Shown here in pieces: positions 1 through 8,396 of a stretch of 52,429 bases of DNA (position 1 is the stretch's first letter; every line of letters begins with the position of its first letter). Source of the DNA: a virus (taxonomy: Duplodnaviria > Caudoviricetes). The stretch spans positions 1-52,429 of the IMG/VR virus record IMGVR_UViG_3300037153_000540. One strand, 5' to 3'. The notes under the pieces are model-generated. The model did no database searches, was not told where the DNA came from, and saw only the letters and a program-made list of their open reading frames with translations. Both the position numbers and the translations under genes were made by a program.

Positions 1-169
1 CTTTCGGTCACGTTTCGGACGAAATCCCCAGCGGTATCGAAGTGATCACTTTCCGTGCATGTCCGCAGGTCGGCCACATGCGGTCAGGCCGTAAACCGCA
101 CGGAAAGCGGTACTGACCGGTAACAGTCAGGCCGTAGCCGTATTTCGCTCTGGGGAAAGTGCACGGCCC

Positions 170-583
170 TCAGCCAGCGGCGCGCCCGCGCCCCTCGCCT
201 TCGGCAGGCTCCTCGGACTGCTCGGGGTCGGGTTCGTGCGCCGCGAGGATCGCGTCGAGCAGCCGCCGGCGCTTGGCCGGGTCGCGACGGATCCGCTCGA
301 TCAGCGCATCTTCGTCGGTCTCCGTCGGCCCCTCCCGATCCGCTGGCGGGACCCACAGGCCGAGGCCGCGACGGACTTCAACGATGTCCATCCCGAAGAA
401 GTCGGCGAGCTGCTCGGCGCGCGCGTCAGGGACCGTAGTCCCCCGGGTCTCGTAATTGTTGATCAGCGTCTTGTCCCAGCCGAGGCGCCGAGCCAGCTCG
501 GCTTGGCTGGTGATCCCGCGTCGCTCGCGCTGTTCCCGCAACCATCGCCCGGCCGCGTCCCCGCGAGTGCCTGGATTGGACAT
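170..583 (-). CDS. XRE-family HTH immunity repressor (cI-like)
   Basis: WLREQRERRGITSQAELARRLGWDKTLINNYETRG is an HTH_XRE pattern; divergent from a cro-like gene; ATG at 583. Confidence 0.85.
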   Translation of the reverse strand: MSNPGTRGDAAGRWLREQRERRGITSQAELARRLGWDKTLINNYETRGTTVPDARAEQLADFFGMDIVEVRRGLGLWVPPADREGPTETDEDALIERIRRDPAKRRRLLDAILAAHEPDPEQSEEPAEGEGRGRAAG

Positions 584-694
584 GTACCAAAGTGTCGCAC
601 GTCGTGCGACGTGCGTCCTTACACATCCCTGCACTAATTGTCATATGACGCATGCCGCTTGACGCACGTCGTACGTCATGCGACGCTCTATCTC
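584..694. promoter_or_regulatory. Divergent lysis/lysogeny switch with palindromic operators
   Basis: Perfect-arm palindrome GTCGCACG-T-CGTGCGAC at 594-610; related TGACGCACGTCGTACGTCA at 660-678; TTGACG -35 at 659-664. Confidence 0.7.
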
Positions 695-1069
695 ATGCAA
701 AGCACCGACCTAAACGTCCTGTGGGGCCGCCGCCTCACGGAGGCGCGTGGGCGGCTGGGGATGTCGATACGCGAGCTAGCTCGGCAGACGGACATCCACC
801 CAAGCCACCTCGCTCGCTTCGAGAACGGCGAAGCCGGGTTGGGCGACGAAAACCGGATTGCGGTCGCGGCCAAGGTCGGCCAACTCGTCAGTGACCTATT
901 CCCGTATCCCGCGACCACCGACCAGGAGCCCGCGTGCCCCCATGCGGCGGATGCTGCGGGCGCGGCACCGTCCCGAACCCCAGCGACAAGGGCGGCGATC
1001 CCATCGCCTGCCCCGAATGCCAAGGCACCGGCGGCCTTGGCACCCGAGGAGAGCCGCGGAAATGAGTGA
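695..1069 (+). CDS. Cro-like XRE HTH regulator
   Basis: RRLTEARGRLGMSIRELARQTDIHPSHLARFENGE; divergent from the repressor. Confidence 0.85.
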   Translation: MQSTDLNVLWGRRLTEARGRLGMSIRELARQTDIHPSHLARFENGEAGLGDENRIAVAAKVGQLVSDLFPYPATTDQEPACPHAADAAGAAPSRTPATRAAIPSPAPNAKAPAALAPEESRGNE

Positions 1070-1229
1070 CTCCCCCGCTCAGCGCCCCGCGCGCCTCTGC
1101 CGCACCCCTGAGGAGTGCTACCAGGCCGGCTGGGACGACGCCGCCGACATGCCGCCCCTCACGCCCAGCCAGATCGCCAAGCTCACCGCGCTCTGGCGGC
1201 CCTACATCCGCCGCAACGACGCGGCCTGA
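1062..1229 (+). CDS. Small hypothetical early protein
   Basis: MSDSPAQRPARLCRTPEECYQAGWDD; overlaps the cro stop; GC-rich codon usage. Confidence 0.65.
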   Translation: MSDSPAQRPARLCRTPEECYQAGWDDAADMPPLTPSQIAKLTALWRPYIRRNDAA

Positions 1230-1298
1230 ACAGCCGGACGGCCGGCCCCCTCGCAGGACACCGGCCGCCGATCACAACAACTGAAGGGATTCTATCCA

Positions 1299-1649
1299 AT
1301 GACCGAAGCCATCCAGATCAACAAGATCGCATCCGAGACCATCTCCGTGCCGATCGTCGGCACCATGCCGCTGATCGTCCACAACTTCTCCGAGAAGTCC
1401 AAGCGGCAGATGCTCGACGCCCAGCAGGGCCGCAAGTCCCCGAAGCAGGTCCGTGACCCAGAGGCCGAGTACGAGGCGGCGTTCTACCGCACGAAGGACG
1501 GCTACGGCTTCCCGGTGACCGCATTCAACGACTTCGCGCGCCAGCTCGTGTTGAAGGACATGGAGCGTGAATGGCAAGCGCTCCGCCGCCGTTACGAGCA
1601 TTTTGAGGAATTCCTCGCCATGGTGCTCCGGGACACGGAGGCAGCGTGA
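1299..1649 (+). pseudogene. Probable chimera: N-terminus of a phage RAMP/Cas7-like protein fused to the C-terminus of its usual downstream partner
   Basis: IVGTMPLIVHNFSEKSKRQML...RDPEAEYEAAFYR..GYGFPVTAF switches abruptly to NDFARQLVLKDMEREWQALRRRYEHFEEF; family recalled from memory. Confidence 0.55.
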
Positions 1650-2041
1650 TGAACCCCACGTCCACACCCGCCGACCGGCTGATGTGGCCCCACGAGGTCG
1701 CCACAGTGTTTCGCGTCGACGCGAAGACCGTGACCCGCTGGGCCGCTGACGGGCGGCTCTCATCGATCCGTACGCCGGGCGGTCACCGCCGCTTCTACGA
1801 AACCGAGGTCCGCGCGTTCCTGGCCGGTGAGACGACCGGCATGGACGTAGTCCTCGCGAAGGCCCGCGAGGTCGCCGACAAGATCACGTTCGACTGGCGG
1901 GAGCCGGTTCCGGACGGTGAGGTCACGGCTCTGGCGTGGTCCGGGGACGTGTGCGAGTACGCCGTGTCCGACTCGCCCGCCGAGGCCCTCGCTGGGGCAG
2001 TGGAGAAGCTCAGGGCCTACCGCGCGGGTGGTGCGCGATGA
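1649..2041 (+). CDS. BldC-like/excisionase-type MerR HTH protein with C-terminal extension
   Basis: LMWPHEVATVFRVDAKTVTRWAADGRLSSIRTPGGHRRFYETEVRAFL closely follows the BldC pattern. Confidence 0.8.
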   Translation: MNPTSTPADRLMWPHEVATVFRVDAKTVTRWAADGRLSSIRTPGGHRRFYETEVRAFLAGETTGMDVVLAKAREVADKITFDWREPVPDGEVTALAWSGDVCEYAVSDSPAEALAGAVEKLRAYRAGGAR

Positions 2042-2323
2042 CCGCCCCGGCCCCGAACGTCGACCTGCTCCGGCGCACGCTCGCCTATATCGAGGAGCAC
2101 CCTCAGGAGTGGAACCAGCGCGCCTGGCGCTGCGGGACGACCGCGTGCTTCGCCGGTCACGCGGTGATCCTGGACGGCGGCCGCTGGGCGGACCCTGCGT
2201 TCGACGACCTCATCGCCCGCGATGACGACCCCGAAGAGCACCAGACGGAAGTCGGCGACGGACTCAAGCTCGTCGAGGTCAAGGACCGGGCACAGCGCCG
2301 AGCTGACCGGCGGCGCATCGTGA
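2038..2323 (+). pseudogene. Hypothetical gene apparently truncated by an internal deletion, now reading into the next gene
   Basis: NVDLLRRTLAYIEEHPQEWNQRAWRCGTTACFAGHA; an out-of-frame 3' end AELTGGAS* (2297-2323) overlaps the next GTG. Confidence 0.55.
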
Positions 2324-2751
2324 CCGCCACCCAGTACGGCGTGCGCTTCCACCGCCCCGACGGCACCCGCGTCTGCTACCTCCTCGCCGACGACACCGCC
2401 GGGACCGTCGAGCTCATGGACGAACTCGCCGCCGAAGGCATCACCCGCATGGAACCCGTACGGCGGCCCGTGCCCGACTGGGAGATCGACCCGGACGGCC
2501 TGCCCGCCGCCGTACGGCACCTCGCCGAGGCGCAGGTCGATGGGCAGATCGACGACGCCGCCCGCCGCGCCCAGCTCGCGGGCTGGTTCCCCGACTACTT
2601 CTTCCCGCTCCCGCCCGGCGCGTGGGGGCGGCTGACGGAGGCGATCCGTGAGCAGCTCGCCGCCGACGACGAGGGCCGTGCGGCGGACGTGAAGGCCGCC
2701 GAGGAACGCATCGCCGCGGCCGTCGCCGAGATCTGCGGAGGTGCGGCGTGA
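2320..2751 (+). CDS. Hypothetical protein
   Basis: GTGA overlap start VTATQYGVRFHRPDG; strong GC3 bias. Confidence 0.6.
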   Translation: MTATQYGVRFHRPDGTRVCYLLADDTAGTVELMDELAAEGITRMEPVRRPVPDWEIDPDGLPAAVRHLAEAQVDGQIDDAARRAQLAGWFPDYFFPLPPGAWGRLTEAIREQLAADDEGRAADVKAAEERIAAAVAEICGGAA

Positions 2752-3012
2752 CGGACGTCGACGACTTCACCGACTACACGGAGACCTGCTCGTGCGGGCA
2801 CCCGCGCCGTATGCACTGGCGCAGCTGCTCCGGCACACACAAGAAGCTCGACGTCAAGGCGCTCCCCGAGCCCCATCTACGTCGACGAGACCGATCCGTT
2901 CGCCTGGCCCACCAACTGGCCGCCGGTCCGCGAGTGCCCGCACATCGAGGTGCCGTGCACCTGCTCATCGTTCGGGCCGGCCGAACCGGAACCGCCGGAG
3001 GACTGGTCATGA
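2748..3012 (+). pseudogene. Cys/His-rich hypothetical gene with a frameshift at 2871-2874
   Basis: CSCGHPRRMH..LPEP continues in another frame as IYVDETDPFAWPTNWPPVRECPHIEVPCTCSSF..DWS*, ending in the ATGA overlap at 3009-3012. Confidence 0.55.
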
Positions 3013-3770
3013 TCCGACGACGCAACTACGGCAAGGGCCACGCTTATTTCGACGAGGACGGCAAGGTCCCCGGCGTCACCACCATCCTCGGCGACGGCCT
3101 GTCCAAGCCCGCACTCATCAACTGGGCCGCGAACGCCACAGCCGGATACGCGGTCGACCACTGGGACGAGCTGGCCGAGATGAAGCCGTCCGAGCGGCTC
3201 CGCACCCTCGAGCGATGCCGGTACGCCGAGCGGGACGCCGCGGCCAAGCGCGGCACCGAGGTGCACAAGCTCGGCGAGCGCCTCGCCGCCGGCGAAGAGG
3301 TCGACGTCCCGGACGAGCTCGCCGGGCACGTCGAGTCCTACGTCAAGTTCCTCGACGACTTCGACGTGCAGCCGCTCGTCATCGAAGGCGTCGTCGTCTC
3401 CCGGAAGTACCGGTACGCCGGGACCCTCGACCTGATCGCGGACATGCCGACGCTCGGGCAGCGCCTGATCCTCGACATCAAGACCGCGCGCTCCGGCGTC
3501 TGGCCGGACAACGGCCTGCAGCTCGCCGCCTACCGGTACGCCGACGTCTACCTCGACGGCGACGTCGAGAAGCCGCTGCCCGAATGCGACGGCGCCGCCG
3601 TGGTGCACGTCCGCGCGGACGGCTGTGACCTCGTTCCCGTCCTGGCCGGGCCGACCGAGCACCGCTACTTCCTCTACGTCCAGCAGATGTGGCGCTGGGC
3701 GAACGAACACTCCAAGACCGTCGTCGGCGAGGCCGTCGCCCCGCCGCGTATGCAGGGGGCAGCATCATGA
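3009..3770 (+). CDS. Cas4/RecB-like PD-(D/E)XK exonuclease
   Basis: PGVTTIL, RGTEVH, YAGTLDLI, ILDIKT, LQLAAY motifs; upstream GGAGG. Confidence 0.85.
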   Translation: MIRRRNYGKGHAYFDEDGKVPGVTTILGDGLSKPALINWAANATAGYAVDHWDELAEMKPSERLRTLERCRYAERDAAAKRGTEVHKLGERLAAGEEVDVPDELAGHVESYVKFLDDFDVQPLVIEGVVVSRKYRYAGTLDLIADMPTLGQRLILDIKTARSGVWPDNGLQLAAYRYADVYLDGDVEKPLPECDGAAVVHVRADGCDLVPVLAGPTEHRYFLYVQQMWRWANEHSKTVVGEAVAPPRMQGAAS

Positions 3771-4810
3771 CCGGAACCGAGATCGCACTTCGCGCCCAGT
3801 CCGGCGCCGAAGTCGACTCCTGGGCGGGCGCGATGCCCGACATCGTCAAGCTCGCCGACCACATCGCGAACACCGAGTTCGTCCCCGCCGGTCTGCGGGG
3901 CAAGCCCGCCGCGGTCGCCGCCGCCGTCCTGGCCGGCCGCGAGCAGGGCATCGGCCCGATGACCTCCCTCACGCACATGCACGTCGTCGAGGGCCGTCCG
4001 ACCATGAGCGCAGAACTTAAGCGCGCTCGCGTCCTGGCCGACGGTCACGAGCTCCACTTCGAGGAGATGACGACCACGCGGTGCGTCGTCCGCGGCCGCC
4101 GTAAGGGCTCGGAGAACTGGACCACCGTCGCGTGGAGCATCGACGACGCCAAGCGGGCGAACCTGGTCGGGAAGAACAACTGGAAGAACCACCCGCGGCG
4201 CATGCTGCAGGCTCGCGCCACGTCCGAGCTGTGCGACCTGCTCTTCCCCGACGTCGTCGGCGGCTTGCCGACCACCGAGGAGATCGTCGACGCGGCCGGG
4301 GACTACACGGACGCCACCGATGGCGCGGCGGCGCCCGCGGACAAGCCGAAGCGCCGTACCGCCCAGCGGCGCAACGCCCGCCCTGCGGCCACACAGCAGC
4401 CCGCCAGCAGCCCGGCGCCCGCTGACCGTACGCCCGCACCCGGGCCGCCGCTGCCCGGCGAGGACGGCTACGACAGCGCCACGCAGGATGCACCGCAGAC
4501 CGCCGACTCGATCACCAACGCGCAGCTGACGAAGCTGCACACGGTGTTCTCCGCGATCGGCTGGGACGACCGCGATGACCGGATCCGCGCCGCGTCCACG
4601 ATCGTCGCCCGCCCGCTCGGTTCCTCGACGGAGCTGACAAAGGAGGAAGGCCGCACGCTGATCGACACGCTCGAGCGCATCGCGGCCGGGCCGGATCCAT
4701 CGGTTCGTCTCGGTGAGCTGATCGCGGCGGCCGGCGGCGATGAGGTCGTCGACGCCGAGGTCGTCGAGGACCTGCCGGAGGGCTACGAGGACCCGGACGG
4801 CGGCGCGTGA
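3767..4810 (+). CDS. RecT-like single-strand annealing protein
   Basis: GREQGIGPMTSL..HVVEGRPTMSA..W..DDAKRA.L..KNNWKNHPRRMLQARA; follows the exonuclease. Confidence 0.75.
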   Translation: MTGTEIALRAQSGAEVDSWAGAMPDIVKLADHIANTEFVPAGLRGKPAAVAAAVLAGREQGIGPMTSLTHMHVVEGRPTMSAELKRARVLADGHELHFEEMTTTRCVVRGRRKGSENWTTVAWSIDDAKRANLVGKNNWKNHPRRMLQARATSELCDLLFPDVVGGLPTTEEIVDAAGDYTDATDGAAAPADKPKRRTAQRRNARPAATQQPASSPAPADRTPAPGPPLPGEDGYDSATQDAPQTADSITNAQLTKLHTVFSAIGWDDRDDRIRAASTIVARPLGSSTELTKEEGRTLIDTLERIAAGPDPSVRLGELIAAAGGDEVVDAEVVEDLPEGYEDPDGGA

Positions 4811-5034
4811 TGGCCAGCCGCGACATGACCATCGGCGACATCTGCACCGAGCTCGTGCAGTGGCGGATGTTCCGCCGCGACGGCCTCACCGCAGACGAGA
4901 CCGCCGCCCTGATGAACCTGGGCCCGACCACGGCCGGCCACTACGAGCGCACGCTCGCCCAGCTCGGCGCCCTGAAAACCGACGCAGCCCCCGGCCAGGC
5001 CCGGCCGAGGACTGCGGACAACACCAGCGAGTGA
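4810..5034 (+). CDS. Small hypothetical protein, possible HTH
   Basis: GLTADETAALMNLGPTTAGHYER; coupled start. Confidence 0.55.
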   Translation: MASRDMTIGDICTELVQWRMFRRDGLTADETAALMNLGPTTAGHYERTLAQLGALKTDAAPGQARPRTADNTSE

Positions 5035-5048
5035 AAGGACCACCCGCG

Positions 5049-5519
5049 ATGACCAACCCTACTGAGCAGGACGCCCGCGCGGCGTACACCGCCGGCCTCC
5101 GGCAGCTCGCCGACATCCTCGACGCCCACCCCGAACTGCCGCTCCCGTTCGAAGGCAGTGCCCGATCGCTCTTGCAGCGGATCACCTTCTTCTACCTGTC
5201 CGACAAGGACCCCCGTGCCGCGCTGGCCACCGCGCGCCGGGCCTTCGGCGTCCCGATGGACAAGAACGACAGCATCCCCAACACCTTCAGCCTCACGGGC
5301 AGCCTGGCGGGCTTGCACTTCTCACTGACCGCGAACCGCAACGACGTGTGCGAGCGGGTCGTCACCGGCACCCGTGAGGTCGAGGTGACTGAGCCGGATC
5401 CGGACGCGGTGGCGGCGCTGCCGAAGGTCACCCGTACGGAGGTCGTCGAGGAAGTCGAGTGGCGCTGCACGCCGCTTCTCGCCGCCGGCGAGCACGACAA
5501 GGCGGTGGCCGGGCGATGA
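5049..5519 (+). CDS. Hypothetical protein
   Basis: RBS GAAAGGA; GLRQLADILDAHPELPLP..VCERVVTG..VEWRC. Confidence 0.75.
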   Translation: MTNPTEQDARAAYTAGLRQLADILDAHPELPLPFEGSARSLLQRITFFYLSDKDPRAALATARRAFGVPMDKNDSIPNTFSLTGSLAGLHFSLTANRNDVCERVVTGTREVEVTEPDPDAVAALPKVTRTEVVEEVEWRCTPLLAAGEHDKAVAGR

Positions 5520-5926
5520 GGAACCGCAACGACGCACCCGTCGCCGCCACAAGCCAGCGCCCCGTCGCGACCGAGGCCGAGATCCGCGCGATGCACGACA
5601 AGGCCGCCGCGCACCAGCTCGCCGCCGACAAGCACGAAGCGCAGGCACAGCACGACCTCGGTGCCGCCGAGCACATGGCCACCGAGATGGTCGCCAACGC
5701 CCGCGCCGAAGCGAACCGCATCGTCCGCGAGGCGCAGGAACAGGCCGCCACACACCAGCGGCAGGTCGACGAGCACGCGGCGCAGCTCCGGAAGCTGAAG
5801 GCCGCCGAGGAGGCGCGGGCGACGTACTGGTCGACGCTCGCCGAGGAGGAGACCGCGCGGGCCGGCCTGACGGCGATCCCGCCTACCGCCCCGCTGGAGA
5901 CGGTCCCGGACGGAGAGCCGTCATGA
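5516..5926 (+). CDS. Ala/Glu-rich coiled-coil hypothetical protein
   Basis: ATGA overlap; ANARAEANRIVREAQEQA heptads. Confidence 0.7.
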   Translation: MRNRNDAPVAATSQRPVATEAEIRAMHDKAAAHQLAADKHEAQAQHDLGAAEHMATEMVANARAEANRIVREAQEQAATHQRQVDEHAAQLRKLKAAEEARATYWSTLAEEETARAGLTAIPPTAPLETVPDGEPS

Positions 5927-6132
5927 GGTACCACGTCCTGTCCGCCGCCGTCATCGCGTTCGCCGTCTGGTACGCCCACCGCCATCGCGCCGCGCGCTAC
6001 CACCGCCGCCGCTGGCACCACGCGAAGTGCCACGCCGCCCCGACGCGCCTGCACCGCGCCCGCCTCGCCCTGGTGCGCCTCGCCCAGGTCCGCATCCGCA
6101 TCACCTTCGGCACGAACACGAGGACCGCATGA
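5923..6132 (+). CDS. Small basic protein with N-terminal hydrophobic segment
   Basis: ATGA overlaps at both ends. Confidence 0.55.
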   Translation: MRYHVLSAAVIAFAVWYAHRHRAARYHRRRWHHAKCHAAPTRLHRARLALVRLAQVRIRITFGTNTRTA

Positions 6133-6422
6133 TCACCGCGACCATCGTCGGCGCTCTGCTCGCCGCCATCGTCCTCCTCGCCCTCGGCGTCTACATCGGC
6201 CGCGACCAGTACGGCTACTACCGGGGCCGCGCCGACGGCTACAAGGCCGGCATCCGCCACGGCGAGAAAGCCCGCAACGCCCTCCAGGCCCGCGCCGACA
6301 CGCTGAACGCCGCCCTCGACGAGATGGGCGAGATGTACGACGCCGGGGTCGCCCGACGGTTCGCGCCGCCCATCGCCCGCGCCGTGGCCGAGGTCTACGA
6401 CCACGAGGAGGCCGGACTGTGA
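6129..6422 (+). CDS. Membrane-anchored hypothetical protein
   Basis: MITATIVGALLAAIVLLALGVYIG TM segment. Confidence 0.7.
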   Translation: MITATIVGALLAAIVLLALGVYIGRDQYGYYRGRADGYKAGIRHGEKARNALQARADTLNAALDEMGEMYDAGVARRFAPPIARAVAEVYDHEEAGL

Positions 6423-6550
6423 TCCTCATCCTCGCCCTCGGCGTGTCCGCGTGCGTCTTCCTGCCGCTCGCCGCGCTCGTCGCCCTGGCCCGGCTCGGCT
6501 ACGTGCTGTGGCAGGGCCGCCGCCTCGACCGCTCCGGAGGTGCCCGGTGA
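6419..6550 (+). CDS. Small membrane protein (43 aa, not in ORF track)
   Basis: MILILALGVSACVFLPLAALVALARLGYVLWQGRRLDRSGGAR; GTGA overlaps at both ends. Confidence 0.6.
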   Translation: MILILALGVSACVFLPLAALVALARLGYVLWQGRRLDRSGGAR

Positions 6551-6894
6551 GCGCCGTCGACAAGCTGGACGTCGAGGAACTCCGCGCCGCCTCGACCCGG
6601 CTGCGCTGCGACCACGACTTCTCGTTTGTCGAGCGCGGGTGCACGAAGTGCGGCATCGACACGCGCCCCGTGGTAGACGAGCTGGTCGAGCCGCTCGCGG
6701 CCTGGCTGGACTCCGAGGCAGCCCGCCGGCACATCGTCAACGCCAGCCTCCATCAGCCGACGAGCGGCGGCTTCACCGGCTTCTGCTCGTGCGGCAGCCT
6801 CGCCCACCGGCCCGACCGGGACGCGCCCACCCAATGCGGACGCCTCGACAAGGCGCTCACGGTCGCCCGCGTGATCAACGGGACCGCGTCATGA
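6547..6894 (+). CDS. Cys-containing hypothetical protein
   Basis: CDHDF..CTKCG and FCSCG; coupled start. Confidence 0.6.
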   Translation: MSAVDKLDVEELRAASTRLRCDHDFSFVERGCTKCGIDTRPVVDELVEPLAAWLDSEAARRHIVNASLHQPTSGGFTGFCSCGSLAHRPDRDAPTQCGRLDKALTVARVINGTAS

Positions 6895-7013
6895 CCGGCC
6901 TGTGGATCGTCTTCGGCGTCGTCGCAGCCGCCGCTGTCATCGAAGGGCTCGTCGCGTTCCTGTTCGCCGCCGCCGCCGCCGACCCCACGACCGTCGACCT
7001 GGAGGACGCGTGA
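6891..7013 (+). CDS. Small membrane protein
   Basis: MTGLWIVFGVVAAAAVIEGLVAFLF; coupled overlaps. Confidence 0.55.
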   Translation: MTGLWIVFGVVAAAAVIEGLVAFLFAAAAADPTTVDLEDA

Positions 7014-7903
7014 GCGACAACAGCGCCATCGAGTGGACCGACGCCACATGGAACCCGGTCACCGGCTGCACGAAAGTCTCTCCCGGCTGCGACCACTGCT
7101 ACGCCGAGACGTTCGCCGAGCGGTGGCGCGGAACGCCCGGCCACCACTTCGAGCAAGGGTTCGACGTCACGCTCCGGCCCGAGCGCCTCGACCAGCCGCT
7201 GAAGTGGCGGAAGCCGCGCCGCGTCTTCGTCAACAGCATGTCCGACCTGTTCCACGAGCAGGTGCCCGACGACTACATCGTCACCGTATTCACCCGCATG
7301 TGGTGGAGCCCGCAGCACACCTTCCAGGTCCTCACCAAGCGCCACGGGCGGATGCGATCCCTCGTGCCTCGCATCGAGGACCGCCTCCGCGAGATGGAGC
7401 ACGACCTCGACCTGCTCGACGCTCCGACGCCGCTGCGCTGGCCGCTGCCGAACGTCTGGCTCGGCGTCTCCGTCGAGGACCAGAAGCGCGCCGACCTCCG
7501 CATCCCGGCGTTGCTCGACACCCCGGCCGCCGTACGGTTCCTGTCCTGCGAGCCGCTTCTCGGCCCGGTCGACCTCCGGCGCATCTCGCGGCCGAGCGGC
7601 CAGCAGCCGGAGATGGTGCTCGATGTCGTCGGCCAGCGGTACGGCGTGCCCGGTCGCTGGCAGGCGCCGACGTCGCACCGCATCGACTGGGTCATCGTCG
7701 GCGGCGAGTCCGGCCCTCGCGCCCGGCCCATGGACCCGGCGTGGGCCCGATCGCTCCGTGATCAGTGCACGGCCGCTGGCGTGCCGTTCTTCTTCAAGCA
7801 GGCCGGTGCCCTACTCGCGGGTGAGTGGGGCTGCTCGGACCGGAAGGGCCACGATCCTGCCGAGTGGCCCGAGCCATTCCCGAGGGAGTACCCCCTTGGC
7901 TGA
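7010..7903 (+). CDS. DUF5131 (phage Gp37/Gp68) radical-SAM-like protein
   Basis: SAIEWTDATWNPVTGCTKVSPGCDHCYA, FVNSMSDLFH, LTKR, SCEPLLGP, WVIVGGESG, FFFKQ. Confidence 0.92.
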   Translation: MSDNSAIEWTDATWNPVTGCTKVSPGCDHCYAETFAERWRGTPGHHFEQGFDVTLRPERLDQPLKWRKPRRVFVNSMSDLFHEQVPDDYIVTVFTRMWWSPQHTFQVLTKRHGRMRSLVPRIEDRLREMEHDLDLLDAPTPLRWPLPNVWLGVSVEDQKRADLRIPALLDTPAAVRFLSCEPLLGPVDLRRISRPSGQQPEMVLDVVGQRYGVPGRWQAPTSHRIDWVIVGGESGPRARPMDPAWARSLRDQCTAAGVPFFFKQAGALLAGEWGCSDRKGHDPAEWPEPFPREYPLG

Positions 7904-8396
7904 CGCAACCGTCCTCGCATACCTCGCTGGCGTCATCGACAGCGATGGGTACATCACCGTGCACCGTTCCGTCCGCAATGGGAAGGCGTACTACGCCGCT
8001 CGCATTGGAGTCACCGGCACGCGCCGCGAACCTCACGACCTGGCCGCTTCCCTGTGGGGCGGCACAGTCTGCCTCTACCAGCCGAAGACCCCAGGGCACC
8101 GCACCCAGTTCCAGTGGAGCCGGACAGGCGACCCGGCGGTCGGCCCCATCGTCGACGTGCAGCCGTACCTCCGCATCAAGCAGGAGCAAGCCCGCATCGC
8201 GCTGGAGGCTCAGGAGCACGTGATTAGCGGCCGCGGCGACGACCCCTACCCATGGATGCTTCCCGACTACGACCCCGGGCCGTACCTGACTGACCTTCGA
8301 GACGAGATGGTCTTCGTCCTCAACCAGGGTCGCCAGATCGCTGGCCGCGAACTCGACGGCCGCACCTGGGATGAGTTCCCGGCGGTGACGTCATGA
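7896..8396 (+). CDS. Free-standing LAGLIDADG homing endonuclease ending in a DUF5131-type C-terminus
   Basis: LAYLAGVIDSDGYI, QPYLRIKQEQA; tail AGRELDGRTWDEFP; RBS GAGGGAG. Confidence 0.85.
   Translation: MADATVLAYLAGVIDSDGYITVHRSVRNGKAYYAARIGVTGTRREPHDLAASLWGGTVCLYQPKTPGHRTQFQWSRTGDPAVGPIVDVQPYLRIKQEQARIALEAQEHVISGRGDDPYPWMLPDYDPGPYLTDLRDEMVFVLNQGRQIAGRELDGRTWDEFPAVTS

Noticed and set aside
3009-3770. Cas4-like gene as evidence of CRISPR-Cas
   Set aside because: No repeat-spacer array or other intact cas genes seen; it pairs with a RecT-like gene as a recombination module
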